Shown here one piece after another: positions 1-10,635 of a DNA stretch of 36,956 nucleotides. The notes beneath the pieces were generated by a model. It was given only the letters and a program-made list of their open reading frames with translations. It made no database searches and was not told the origin of the DNA. Position 1 is the stretch's first letter, and each line of letters begins with the position of its first letter. A program made the position numbers and the translations under genes. Origin of the DNA: Gammaproteobacteria bacterium (GTDB lineage: Bacteria; Pseudomonadota; Gammaproteobacteria; Steroidobacterales; Steroidobacteraceae); the NCBI GenBank assembly GCA_031396515.1, contig JANNKZ010000208.1, positions 1 to 36,956 of the forward strand, given 5' to 3'.

Positions 1-1447
1 TGCTCGCCTGCTTCATGTCGGTGACCACCGGCGCCAACAGGTGCGGAATGCCTTCGTACACCGAGAGCTCGAGCATCTTCGGGTCGATCATGATCAGCCG
101 AACCTGCTCGGCCGAACTCTTGTAAAGCAGCGATAGCACCATAGCGTTGATGGCGACCGACTTGCCGGAACCCGTGGTGCCGGCAATCAGCAGGTGCGGC
201 ATCTTCGCGAGATCGACAACGACCGGCGCGCCGCCGATGTCCTTGCCGAGCGCGAGCGCGAGCGGCGAACCCAGTTCGTCGTAGGCCCGGGAGCGGACAA
301 TCTCACCGAGGGTCACCAATTCACGCGTCTCGTTCGGGATCTCGAGGCCGACCACGGACTTGCCCGGGATCACTTCGACCACGCGCACGCTGATCGCGGA
401 CAGCGCGCGCGCAAGGTCCTTCGCGAGCGCGCTGATCTGGCTGACTTTTACGCCGGGCGCCGGTTTCAGCTCGAAGCGCGTGATGACCGGTCCCGGCAGC
501 ACGGCCACGACTTCGACCTCGATGCCGAAGTCCTTCAACTTGATTTCGACCAGGCGGGAAATGGCGTCGAGTGCTTCCGGCGAATAGGCTTTCTCCCGCG
601 CCGGCGGATCGTCGAGCAGTTTCAGTTCAGGCAGGTCGCGCGCCGCGGGCTTCGCGAACAGTTGCACCTGCCGTTCTTTTTCGACCCGGACGCTCGCTTC
701 GGGCACCGCCGGCGCGGCCGCCTCGATCCGCGGCGGGGTGCGCGTTGCCGCTTTTTTCTGCACTTCACGGACAGCGGTTTCGCGCGCGGCGCGCGATTCG
801 CGCCCGACCGCCTGGTCGCGCGAGCTCGCCATGCGGTTGCGTACCCAGGAAGCGCCCGCGAGCACCCAGTGACCGATGAAATCCATGACCCGCGGCCAGG
901 AGACGCCGGAGTAGAGCTGCACGCCGGCGAACCACAGCGCGAGCATCACGAGCGTTGCGCCGAGGAGCGCGAGCACGCTCTCGAGTCCGTTGCCGACCAG
1001 GTTGCCGAGGATGCCGCCGGCCCCAGCCGGCAGGGACTCGACGTCGTAGTGCAGTGCTGCGAGTCCGCAGCTCGTTGCGAGCACGATCACGAGGCCGATG
1101 GTGCGCAGCGCAACGGTCGAGCGTCCGTGGCCCGGATCGTCGGCCGTGCGCATCAGTCCGACCCAGGCGCTGAACGCGATTACGAACGGAAACAGGTAGG
1201 CCGGCCAGCCGAACGCGAGCAGCAACAGGTCGGCGACATGCGCACCGAGCGTGCCGATCAGGTTGCCGACTGCGCCGGGTTCGCCGGTAAAGCTGTAACT
1301 CGGATCGGAGCGGTCGTAACTCGATAGCGCGATCAGGAGCACGAGCGCGAACGCCGCGAGCAGGAAAAACAATGCCTGCCGCAGGGCCCGCGCGAACACC
1401 GGATCGAGCTTCACGTCGGCACTGCTGCCGTTGCCGGACTTGGCCAC
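1..1447 (-). CDS. ftsK: DNA translocase FtsK, N-terminal part (3' end runs off the window at position 1)
   Basis: Reverse frame is open from GTG at 1447 to the window edge, so it is absent from the ORF track (no stop in window). Translation starts VAKSGNGSS and has several hydrophobic membrane segments and a linker. It then reaches the motor domain, with Walker A MPHLLIAGTTGSGKSVAINAMVLSLLY and RLIMIDPKMLELSVYEGIPHLLAPVVTDMKQAS. Confidence 0.9.
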   Translation of the reverse strand, partial: MAKSGNGSSADVKLDPVFARALRQALFFLLAAFALVLLIALSSYDRSDPSYSFTGEPGAVGNLIGTLGAHVADLLLLAFGWPAYLFPFVIAFSAWVGLMRTADDPGHGRSTVALRTIGLVIVLATSCGLAALHYDVESLPAGAGGILGNLVGNGLESVLALLGATLVMLALWFAGVQLYSGVSWPRVMDFIGHWVLAGASWVRNRMASSRDQAVGRESRAARETAVREVQKKAATRTPPRIEAAAPAVPEASVRVEKERQVQLFAKPAARDLPELKLLDDPPAREKAYSPEALDAISRLVEIKLKDFGIEVEVVAVLPGPVITRFELKPAPGVKVSQISALAKDLARALSAISVRVVEVIPGKSVVGLEIPNETRELVTLGEIVRSRAYDELGSPLALALGKDIGGAPVVVDLAKMPHLLIAGTTGSGKSVAINAMVLSLLYKSSAEQVRLIMIDPKMLELSVYEGIPHLLAPVVTDMKQAS

Positions 1448-1593
1448 TGGGTCAGAATCCTTGTCAGGAAAGATCTATAACCGTTTGATTATAAGAGTGT
1501 TGCAATTCGAGCAGCAAGCACCCATGCACGATGCCGATACGCGCGCGATCGGCCGTCGTCGAAGGACTATCGCGGTCCGATGCGCTCCCCTAG

Positions 1594-2616
<1,023 letters not shown>

Positions 2617-2622
2617 GGCCCG

Positions 2623-3801
2623 GTGAGCATCCGCATCGCCCGTTCGCTCGGCGACGTCGATGCGGACGCGTGGAATGCGCTCGCAGCCGGCGCCCCTCCC
2701 TTCTTGCACCACGAGTTCCTGTGGGCCCTCGAGGACACGGGCTGCGCGACCGCAGGGACCGGCTGGGGCGCGCATCATCTCCTGCATCACGATGCCGCGA
2801 GCCGCCTCGATGGCGCCATGCCGCTTTACCTGAAAGATCATTCCTGGGGCGAATTCGTCTTCGATTTCGTCTGGGCCGAGGCCTGGCAGCGCGCCGGCCT
2901 CGCCTATTACCCGCGCCTCGTTGCCGCCGTGCCCTTCACACCGGCGACCGGCCCCCGGCTCCTCGCGGCATCCGACGAGGTGCGCGGCGCGCTCGCCGCT
3001 TTCGCGCGCGCGCTGACCCGCGAACTCGGCCTTTCCTCGCTGCACGTACTCTTTCCCGATTCCCGCGATCGCCAACGGCTGCAGGCGGCCGGTCTGTCGC
3101 CGCGGCTCGATTGCCAGTTTCACTGGCAAAATGAAGGCTACGGGTCGTTCGATGATTTCCTCGCAGGCTTCACCTCGGAGAAGCGCAAGAAAGTAAGGCG
3201 CGAGCGCCGCCGCGTGGCCGAAGCCGGCATCGAATGCCGCACCGCCACCGGCGGCGACCTCGATGCGCCGATGCTCGATGCGATCTACCGCTTGCACGCG
3301 GAAACTTTCGCCCGCCATGGCAATGCGCCGTACCTGAACCGGGAATTCTTCGGGCGACTCGCACGCGATCTGCCGGAGGCGCTCGTCGTCGAGCTCGCGT
3401 TTCGGGGCGGCGAGCTGATCGCGTGCGCAGTGTCGCTGCAGGGCGCCGGCACGCTATATGGCCGCTACTGGGGCGCCGCGGGCGACCATCACAGCCTGCA
3501 CTTCGAGCTGTGCTACTACCGTGGCATCGAGCATTGCATCCGCGCCGGACTCCAGCGGTTCGAACCGGGCACCCAGGGTGAGCACAAGCTGCTGCGCGGC
3601 TTCGTGCCGACGCCGGTCTGGTCCCTGCACGACATCGCCGAGCCATCATTCGTAAAGCCGGTCGAGGACTGGTTGCGGCGGGAACGCGCCGGGCGCCGTG
3701 CGTGGATCGATCTCGCAACGAGACACCTGCCCTTCCGGCGCGAAGACATCCCCGCTAGGCTTTCGGACGATGTCCGGGATTGCCTGGCTGCAGAAGACTG
3801 A
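2623..3801 (+). CDS. uncharacterised FemAB-like / GNAT-fold protein (DUF482, COG3146-like); function unknown
   Basis: 392-aa ORF with GC3-rich codon usage. GTG start lies 7 nt after the trxB stop and is preceded by GAGG. The N-terminal W-x-x-L...PFL-x-x-EFL-x-ALE-x-x-G...GW pattern and ~390 aa length match my memory of the FemAB_like/DUF482 family. This is not verified by HMM. Confidence 0.75.
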   Translation: MSIRIARSLGDVDADAWNALAAGAPPFLHHEFLWALEDTGCATAGTGWGAHHLLHHDAASRLDGAMPLYLKDHSWGEFVFDFVWAEAWQRAGLAYYPRLVAAVPFTPATGPRLLAASDEVRGALAAFARALTRELGLSSLHVLFPDSRDRQRLQAAGLSPRLDCQFHWQNEGYGSFDDFLAGFTSEKRKKVRRERRRVAEAGIECRTATGGDLDAPMLDAIYRLHAETFARHGNAPYLNREFFGRLARDLPEALVVELAFRGGELIACAVSLQGAGTLYGRYWGAAGDHHSLHFELCYYRGIEHCIRAGLQRFEPGTQGEHKLLRGFVPTPVWSLHDIAEPSFVKPVEDWLRRERAGRRAWIDLATRHLPFRREDIPARLSDDVRDCLAAED

Positions 3802-4468
3802 CCCGCCGACGGCGATGCCGCCGACGGCACGTGCGTTGCACGAGCCGAACGGTCTGCTCGCGGTCGGCGGTTCGCTGACCCCCGAGTGGCTCATTCACGC
3901 TTATCGGCACGGCATCTTTCCCTGGTTCTCGGCCGAGCAGCCGATCCTGTGGTGGGCGCCGAACCCGCGCGCGGTGCTGCGGCCGGAGGACTTTCGCATC
4001 TCGCACAGCCTCGCGCGCTCGATGCGCCGGCGCGGCTACGAGACCCGGATCGACACGGCTTTCGCGGCCGTGATCGAGGCTTGCGCCGCGCCGCGCGACG
4101 GCACGCCGGGCACGTGGATCACCCGCGACATGCACCGCGCGTACGTGATCCTGCACGAGCGCGGCCTCGCCCATTCGGTCGAAACCTGGCACGACGGCCG
4201 ACTGGTCGGCGGCTTGTACGGCGTTGCGATCGGACGGGTGTTCTTCGGCGAATCCATGTTCATGCGCGAGACCGACGCCTCGAAGGTCGCGCTCGCCCGG
4301 CTGGTCGAGGAATGCCGCCGACTTGACGTCCCCCTGATCGATTGCCAGATGCCGAGTCCGCACCTGGCGAGCCTGGGTAGCCGCAACCTGCCGCGTGCGC
4401 GGTTTGAAGCGGAACTCGCGGAACTGGTCGCCGCCGGGGACCGCATGTGGCGCGCGCGAGACAATTAA
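3770..4468 (+). CDS. aat: leucyl/phenylalanyl-tRNA--protein transferase
   Basis: [64 protein letters not shown] matches Aat N-termini from E. coli and Pseudomonas. Start ATG 3770 (232 aa) overlaps the preceding ORF by 32 nt. Confidence 0.92.
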   Translation: MSGIAWLQKTDPPTAMPPTARALHEPNGLLAVGGSLTPEWLIHAYRHGIFPWFSAEQPILWWAPNPRAVLRPEDFRISHSLARSMRRRGYETRIDTAFAAVIEACAAPRDGTPGTWITRDMHRAYVILHERGLAHSVETWHDGRLVGGLYGVAIGRVFFGESMFMRETDASKVALARLVEECRRLDVPLIDCQMPSPHLASLGSRNLPRARFEAELAELVAAGDRMWRARDN

Positions 4469-4529
4469 TTGCGCGGGCAAGGCGCCTGCGTCACAATCCG
4501 CGCGGTTTCCGCTACACCGACAGGTTTCA

Positions 4530-4748
4530 ATGGCGAAGGAAGAAGCAATCCAGATGGAAGGCGAGGTCGTAGAGACCCTGCCCAATACGACCTTTCGCGT
4601 GAAGCTGCAGAACGATCACGTCGTCACCGCCCACATCTCGGGCAAGATGCGCAAGCACTACATCCGGATCCTGACCGGCGACAACGTCACCGTCGAGCTG
4701 ACGCCCTACGATCTCTCGAAGGGCCGCATCATCTACCGCGCGCGGTAA
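4530..4748 (+). CDS. infA: translation initiation factor IF-1
   Basis: The 72-aa [72 protein letters not shown] is near-identical in pattern to E. coli InfA. Confidence 0.97.
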   Translation: MAKEEAIQMEGEVVETLPNTTFRVKLQNDHVVTAHISGKMRKHYIRILTGDNVTVELTPYDLSKGRIIYRAR

Positions 4749-4773
4749 GCCCCAAGGGGGACTGTCCCTTCTC

Positions 4774-4824
4774 AAAAAAAGGTGACGCAAACCTTTTCGG
4801 AAAAAGGTTTGCGTCACCTTTTTT
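4774..4824. terminator. bidirectional intrinsic terminator shared by convergent infA and clpA
   Basis: Perfect 17-bp stem ggtgacgcaaacctttt (4781-4797) / aaaaggtttgcgtcacc (4802-4818) with a 4-nt loop. It is flanked by an A7 run (4774-4780) and a T6 run (4819-4824), so it reads as stem plus U-tract on both strands. Confidence 0.85.
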
Positions 4825-4836
4825 CTTGAGCGGCCT

Positions 4837-7119
4837 TCAGTCCTGGCTGAGCAGTTCCGGCGACTTCGCCGGCCGGCAGTCGAGCGCCAGGCTCTCGCCG
4901 TCGGCCGCGAGCGTCACGTTGACGGCGCCGCCGCCGGCCAGTGAGCCGAACAGCAACTCCTCAGCGAGCGGCCGCTTGATGTGCTCCTGCAGCACGCGCG
5001 CCATCGGCCGCGCGCCCATCTTCGGGTCGTAGCCGCGCACCGCGATCCAGCGCCGCGCCGCGTCGTCCACCGACAGCTGCACCGATTTCTGCTCGAGCTG
5101 CGTCTCGACCTCGAGCAGCAACTTGTCCACGACGCGACCGATGGTGGTCTGGTCGAGCGGCGCGAACTGGATGATTGCGTCGAGCCGGTTGCGGAACTCG
5201 GGCGCGAAGATGCGCCGGACCGCCTCCATGCCGTCGGGGGCATGATCCTGATGGGTGAAGCCGATGCTGGCGCGGCTCATCTCCGCGGCGCCGGCATTGG
5301 TCGTCATGACGATGATCACGTGCCGAAAGTCGGCTTTGCGGCCGTTGTTGTCCGTCAGCGTGCCGTGGTCCATCACCTGCAGCAGCAGGTTGAAGACATC
5401 CGGGTGCGCCTTCTCGATCTCGTCAAGCAGCAGCACGCAATGCGGCTGCTTGGCAATCGCTTCGGTCAGCAATCCGCCCTGGTCGAAGCCGACATACCCC
5501 GGCGGCGCGCCGATCAGCCGCGAAACCGTGTGCCGCTCCATGTACTCGCTCATGTCGAAGCGGACAAACTCGACGCCGAGCGCGATCGCAAGCTGGCGCG
5601 TCACTTCGGTCTTGCCGACGCCGGTCGGGCCGGCAAACAGGAAGCTGCCAACTGGGCGCCGGTCGTTGCCGAGGCCGGCACGCGACATCTTGATCGCGGC
5701 CGCAAGCGCATCGATCGCGACGTCCTGTCCGTAGATCACGAGCTTGAGGTTGCGCTGCAGGTTCTGGAGCACCTCGCGGTCGGAGGTCGAGACATTCTTG
5801 GGCGGGATGCGCGCGATGCGGGCGACTACCGCTTCAACGTGATTGACGGTTACTTCGCGTTCGCGTTCGGCAGCGGGCTTGAGCCGCAGCGACGCGCCCG
5901 CCTCGTCCACGACGTCGATCGCCTTGTCCGGCAGGTGGCGGTCGTTGATGTGCCGTTCCGCGAGTTCCGCCGCCGCGACCAGCGCGTCATCCGCGTACGT
6001 GACGCCGTGATGCTCCTCGAAGCGGGTCTTGAGTCCGCGCAGGATGTCGATGGTCTCGGCCACCGAGGGCTCTACTACGTCGATCTTCTGGAAGCGGCGC
6101 GCCAGCGCGTGATCCTTCTCGAAGATGCCGCGGTATTCCTGGTAAGTCGTCGAGCCGATGCAGCGCAACTCGCCGCTCGCCAGCACCGGCTTGATCAGGT
6201 TGGAGGCATCCATCACGCCGCCCGAGGCCGCACCGGCACCGATCACCGTGTGGATCTCGTCGATGAACAGGACTGCGCCGGGTCGCTGTTTCAACTCCGC
6301 GATCACGCCCTTCAGCCGCTTTTCGAAATCGCCGCGGTATTTGGTGCCCGCAATCAGCGAGCCCATGTCGAGCGCGTAGATCGTGCAATCGGCAAGCACA
6401 TCCGGGACCTTGCGTTCGACCACCAGCCGCGCAAGGCCCTCGGCGATTGCGGTCTTGCCGACGCCCGCCTCACCGACGTACAGCGGGTTGTTTTTGCGCC
6501 GGCGGCACAGGATCTCGATCGTCCGCTGCACTTCGAGCTGGCGCCCGATCAGCGGATCCACGCGCCCGGCCAGGGCCTGCGCATTCAGGTTGACCGTGTA
6601 TTTTTCGAGGATCGAGGAACCGCTTTCCTCGCCGCCTTCGCGCTCGGCGGGCGCGCCTTCCTCGCGTGGCGTGTCGCGCGTCTCGGTGCCGGAGGGCAGC
6701 CCGTGCGAGATGAAATTGACGACATCGAGCCGGGTGACGTCCTGCAGCGACAGCAGGTAAGCCGCATGTGACTGCTTTTCGCTGAAGATCGCGACCAGCA
6801 CGTTCGAGACCGCGACTTCCTTGCGGCCGCTCGATTGCACGTTGAACACTGCGCGCTGGAGCACGCGCTGGAAACCGAGCGTCGGCTGCACCTCGCGGTC
6901 GTCGTCCGCGGGCAGCGCCGGCGTGGTCTCGTCGATGAACTTCTGCAGGTCCGCCTGGAGCCGCGCGATGTCCGCCCCGCAGGACTTCAGGATCTCGCGC
7001 ACGCGCGGCGCGTCCAGGATCGAGAGCAGCAGGTGCTCCACGGTCATGTACTCGTGCCGTGCGTCCCGGGCTTTCTGGAAAGCCTCGTTCAGGCAGAACT
7101 CGAGTTCACTGGACAGCAA
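4837..7119 (-). CDS. clpA: ATP-dependent Clp protease ATP-binding subunit ClpA
   Basis: 760 aa with an N-terminal Clp repeat domain, two AAA+ modules (GEAGVGKTAIAEGLA and FAGPTGVGKTEVTRQLA Walker A motifs), and immediate adjacency to clpS. Confidence 0.97.
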   Translation of the reverse strand: MLSSELEFCLNEAFQKARDARHEYMTVEHLLLSILDAPRVREILKSCGADIARLQADLQKFIDETTPALPADDDREVQPTLGFQRVLQRAVFNVQSSGRKEVAVSNVLVAIFSEKQSHAAYLLSLQDVTRLDVVNFISHGLPSGTETRDTPREEGAPAEREGGEESGSSILEKYTVNLNAQALAGRVDPLIGRQLEVQRTIEILCRRRKNNPLYVGEAGVGKTAIAEGLARLVVERKVPDVLADCTIYALDMGSLIAGTKYRGDFEKRLKGVIAELKQRPGAVLFIDEIHTVIGAGAASGGVMDASNLIKPVLASGELRCIGSTTYQEYRGIFEKDHALARRFQKIDVVEPSVAETIDILRGLKTRFEEHHGVTYADDALVAAAELAERHINDRHLPDKAIDVVDEAGASLRLKPAAEREREVTVNHVEAVVARIARIPPKNVSTSDREVLQNLQRNLKLVIYGQDVAIDALAAAIKMSRAGLGNDRRPVGSFLFAGPTGVGKTEVTRQLAIALGVEFVRFDMSEYMERHTVSRLIGAPPGYVGFDQGGLLTEAIAKQPHCVLLLDEIEKAHPDVFNLLLQVMDHGTLTDNNGRKADFRHVIIVMTTNAGAAEMSRASIGFTHQDHAPDGMEAVRRIFAPEFRNRLDAIIQFAPLDQTTIGRVVDKLLLEVETQLEQKSVQLSVDDAARRWIAVRGYDPKMGARPMARVLQEHIKRPLAEELLFGSLAGGGAVNVTLAADGESLALDCRPAKSPELLSQD

Positions 7120-7479
7120 TCAGGTCTCCTCCATGGTGCAAAGCAGCGGATGCTGGTGCTGCCGGGAATATGTCATCACCTGGGCCACTTTGGTCTCTGC
7201 GATCTCGAATGTGAAGACCCCGCAGATGCCTTTGCCCCGGGTGTGAACCTCCAGCATGACCCTCGTCGCCCGCGTCCGGTCGAGGCTGAAGATGCGTTCC
7301 AGCACGTCGACCACGAATTCCATCGGCGTGTAGTCGTCATTGAGCAGCACCACCTGGTACAGCGGCGGCTTGCGCAGCTTCGGCTGCGCCTCTTCCACCA
7401 CCAAGTGGTGGCCGCCCTGCCCGCGCTCCTGCTCGTCTTCCGCGCCCACCGCTTTCCGCTCGTTCTGGCCTGCGTTCAT
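7120..7479 (-). CDS. clpS: ATP-dependent Clp protease adaptor ClpS
   Basis: 119 aa with the core [27 protein letters not shown]...[23 protein letters not shown] typical of ClpS. Its stop abuts the clpA start. Confidence 0.95.
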   Translation of the reverse strand: MNAGQNERKAVGAEDEQERGQGGHHLVVEEAQPKLRKPPLYQVVLLNDDYTPMEFVVDVLERIFSLDRTRATRVMLEVHTRGKGICGVFTFEIAETKVAQVMTYSRQHQHPLLCTMEET

Positions 7480-7678
7480 TTATAGGGTTCGACCGTCGAC
7501 TGTTCAAGGACCTGTCGCCCACCTGCGACGAGTACGCATATGGCGAGCCGAGTTTGAGAAGTGTCGCACAAGTGCCCGTCATTACATCGTTTTCCGGGCC
7601 TCTTGCGCCTTGTAGGGCTCGGGCGCCAACCCGTATCATGTGGCGCTCAGGGGGAGTCCTGCCGGGAACCGGGAGCGC

Positions 7679-8593
7679 ATGCAACTCGTCGACCGCATCG
7701 TTGCGCCTTTGCGCCGGCCCGGACCCGCCGGCCGGGCGGGCTTGGCGAATGCCGCGCCGACGCTCGCGACCGTCATCCTGGTCATCGTCATCGCCGCTCA
7801 GTTGGCCTCGCTGCTCTGGCGCGGACTCGGCTCGGGCGAGGAAGCCGCGCTGCCTGCAGCGACGATCGACACCGGTGCGGCGTCCGCCGTCGACCTGCCA
7901 GCAATCGTCAATGCGCATCTCTTCGGCATCTCCAAGAATTCCGGCGATCCTTCGGACGCGCCGGTGACTTCCGCCAACCTCACGCTCGCCGGCACGCTGG
8001 CGGGCTCGGACCCTTCGACCGGTTGGGCGATCATCGGTGGGAGCGGCCAGTCGGCGCGCGTGTACGCGACCGGTGCTTCGCTGCCGGGCGGCGCGAAGCT
8101 TGCAGCCGTTTATCCGGACCGCGTGATCCTCGACCGCGGCGGCGCGCGTGAATCGCTGGTGCTGCCGCGCCTGAGCGGTTCCGGCGGCGCCGTCAATTAC
8201 GCGCCGCCGGTCGCGCAGGGCGCGATGACACCCGACGACATGGTTCAGCAGGTATTGGGCCAGGACCCGAACGAACTGCTGCGACCGCAGCCCGTCTATG
8301 CCGGCGCGCAGTTGCGCGGATTCCGCGTCTATCCGGGGCGCAACCGCACGCTGTTCGCACGCATCGGCCTGCAGCCCGGCGATCTCGTGACGGCGATCAA
8401 CGGCGCCCCGCTCGAAGACCCGCAGCGCGGCATCGAGTCGCTGCGCGGCATCGCCCAAGGTGCCTCGGTCACGCTCTCGATCGAACGCAATGGCCAACAG
8501 CATCAATTGACGGTTGACGCGGCGCAGGCCACGCAGCAGTTGCAACAGCTCCCGGAAACGGAACAACCGGCCCAGCCGGAGGCTTCCCAGTGA
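7679..8593 (+). CDS. gspC: type II secretion system protein GspC (N-terminal TM segment plus C-terminal PDZ domain)
   Basis: Hydrophobic segment APTLATVILVIVIAAQLASLLW and a PDZ-like GFRVYPGRNRTLFARIGLQPGDLVTAINGAPLEDPQRG. It sits directly upstream of gspD. The start is uncertain: ATG 7679 is preferred over GTG 7640. Confidence 0.8.
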   Translation: MQLVDRIVAPLRRPGPAGRAGLANAAPTLATVILVIVIAAQLASLLWRGLGSGEEAALPAATIDTGAASAVDLPAIVNAHLFGISKNSGDPSDAPVTSANLTLAGTLAGSDPSTGWAIIGGSGQSARVYATGASLPGGAKLAAVYPDRVILDRGGARESLVLPRLSGSGGAVNYAPPVAQGAMTPDDMVQQVLGQDPNELLRPQPVYAGAQLRGFRVYPGRNRTLFARIGLQPGDLVTAINGAPLEDPQRGIESLRGIAQGASVTLSIERNGQQHQLTVDAAQATQQLQQLPETEQPAQPEASQ

Positions 8594-8618
8594 GGCCCGG
8601 CCTCCGGAGGATTGACGC

Positions 8619-10631
8619 ATGACCCGATTCATCCGACTGACCCTGCTGATCGCCATGGTGCTGCCGCTCGCGGCGGCGGCCCAGCAGGGCGCGCAGATCA
8701 CACCGAACTACAAGGATGCGGACATCGGTCAAGTCATCGAGGCCGTGAGCCAGGTCACCGGCAAGAATTTCATCGTCGATCCGCGCGTCCGTGCGCAGGT
8801 GACGATGCTGTCGAACACGCCGATGAGCCCCGAGGCCTTCTACGAGGCCTTCCTCGCCATACTGCAGGTATACGAATTCGTCGCCGTGCCCTCCGGCAAT
8901 GTCATCAAGATCCTGCCGGCCGCGACCTCGCGCACCCTGCCCGCCAACGACCTGCCGGACCGGGTTAGTTCGACCTCCGACGAGCTCGTCACGCAGGTCG
9001 TGCAGGTGCGGAACGTCTCCGCAGCCCAGCTCGTGCCGATCTTGCGGCCGATGATGCCGCAGTCCGCGCATCTCGCCGCCTATCCGAGCGCGAACATGCT
9101 GATTATCTCGGACCGCGCCTCGAACGTGAACCGCATGATGCGGATCGTGCAGCGCATCGACCGCACGGGCGACGGCGACTTCGAGGTCGTGCGGCTCGAG
9201 CACGCCTCCGCCAACGAGATCGTGCGCGTGATCAATTCGCTGAATTCGGCGCAGGGCGCCGAAGGCGCCGGCGGCGCCCGCATTGTCGCGGACGATCGCA
9301 CCAACAGCGTGCTGATCAGTGGCGAGACATCTTCGCGCCTGCGCTTCCGCACGCTGATCACCCACCTCGACACGCCGCTCGAAGCCGGCGGCGACACGCA
9401 GGTCCGCTACCTCAATTACGCCGACGCGGAAAAGCTGGCCGGCAAGCTAAAGGAACAGCTGGTTGCGTCGTCCGCGGGACAGCCGGGCGCTGCCGCAGTG
9501 CCCGCGGCAAGCTCCGACAAGTCGGTGATGATCTGGGCCGAACCCGAGACCAATGCGCTCGTCATCACGGCCCCGCCGAAGACCATGCGCTCGATCATGT
9601 CGGTCATCGACCGTCTCGATATCCGCCGCGCGCAGGTGATCATCGAGGCGATGCTGGTCGAAGTGTCGAAGGACGCAACCCGCGACCTCGGTGTCAACTG
9701 GATCGTCGATGGCTCGGGTGACAATTTCCTGGTTGGCCTGTTCAACCAGCCGATCGCCGGCGTCAGCCTTGGCGACGTCATTCGGGGGATCGACGATCCG
9801 TCGTCGATCGAATCCGCGCCGGGCGGCCTCACGATCGGCGGCGGCCGGCAGCAGGACCACGGCACGAATTTCGCGGCGATCCTCCGCGCGCTCGCCGGCG
9901 ACGGCAACACGAACGTCGTATCTATGCCCTCGGTCATCACGCTCGACAACGAGGAAGCGCAGATCAAGGTGGCGCAGGAAGTGCCGTTCCTGACCGGCCA
10001 GTACACGAACACCGGCAGCAGCGGCGGCGCCGTCAACCCGTTCCAGACCATCGAGCGCAAGGAAGTCGGCAACATCCTGAAGATCACGCCGCAGATCACC
10101 GACGAGAACACCATCCTGCTCAAGATCGAGCAGGAGGCCTCGGGCATCGCCGCCGCCGCCTCCCAGGTATCGAGCACCGACCTCGTGACCAACAAGCGTA
10201 CGATCACGACGCGCGTGCTGGTCGACGACGGCGGCATGATCGTTCTCGGAGGCCTGATCGAGGACCGCCTGACCGAGAGCGAATCGCGCGTGCCGGTACT
10301 CGGCCGCATCCCGATCATCGGTGGCCTGTTCCGGGTTCGGAACACGCAGAAGACCAAGACCAACCTGATGGTCTTCATCCGTCCCCGCGTGGTGCGCACG
10401 GCAGAACAGGCGGCGATTGAGACGAACGCGAAGTACAACTACCTGCGCAACTTGCAGCTCGAGAAAAAGGGCGGCAAGGTGCAGCTGATGCCGGGCGAGA
10501 CGCGCCCGACGCTGCCGCCGCTGGTCGGCCCGACCGCCCCGCCGATCGCGCCGCAGGGTTCGCCACCCACGTCCACGCCCGCACCGCCGCCGCCGGATAC
10601 CGCGGAAAACCCCGAGAACCCCGGCGGGTGA
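8619..10631 (+). CDS. gspD: type II secretion system secretin GspD
   Basis: Signal peptide [23 protein letters not shown] and an N0 domain ([34 protein letters not shown]). A secretin core is present ([25 protein letters not shown]...[24 protein letters not shown]...[11 protein letters not shown]). A GGAGG RBS precedes the ATG. The C-terminal tail is Pro-rich. Confidence 0.95.
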   Translation: MTRFIRLTLLIAMVLPLAAAAQQGAQITPNYKDADIGQVIEAVSQVTGKNFIVDPRVRAQVTMLSNTPMSPEAFYEAFLAILQVYEFVAVPSGNVIKILPAATSRTLPANDLPDRVSSTSDELVTQVVQVRNVSAAQLVPILRPMMPQSAHLAAYPSANMLIISDRASNVNRMMRIVQRIDRTGDGDFEVVRLEHASANEIVRVINSLNSAQGAEGAGGARIVADDRTNSVLISGETSSRLRFRTLITHLDTPLEAGGDTQVRYLNYADAEKLAGKLKEQLVASSAGQPGAAAVPAASSDKSVMIWAEPETNALVITAPPKTMRSIMSVIDRLDIRRAQVIIEAMLVEVSKDATRDLGVNWIVDGSGDNFLVGLFNQPIAGVSLGDVIRGIDDPSSIESAPGGLTIGGGRQQDHGTNFAAILRALAGDGNTNVVSMPSVITLDNEEAQIKVAQEVPFLTGQYTNTGSSGGAVNPFQTIERKEVGNILKITPQITDENTILLKIEQEASGIAAAASQVSSTDLVTNKRTITTRVLVDDGGMIVLGGLIEDRLTESESRVPVLGRIPIIGGLFRVRNTQKTKTNLMVFIRPRVVRTAEQAAIETNAKYNYLRNLQLEKKGGKVQLMPGETRPTLPPLVGPTAPPIAPQGSPPTSTPAPPPPDTAENPENPGG

Positions 10632-10635
10632 CCGG

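Noticed and set aside
194-1327. 377-aa plus-strand ORF (and nested ORFs 360..587, 571..879, 955..1173)
   Set aside because: It is antisense to the clearly recognisable ftsK frame. The composition is Arg/Ala/Asp-rich with no recognisable motif, which is a typical high-GC shadow ORF.
4981-6771. 596-aa plus-strand ORF
   Set aside because: It is antisense to clpA, whose identity is unambiguous, and has no motifs of its own.
7480-7678. GGTTCGA-containing stretch (about 7486-7500) in the clpS-gspC intergenic region as a possible tRNA T-arm
   Set aside because: I could not find an acceptor stem, anticodon arm or overall cloverleaf around it. It is most likely just promoter or spacer sequence for gspC.
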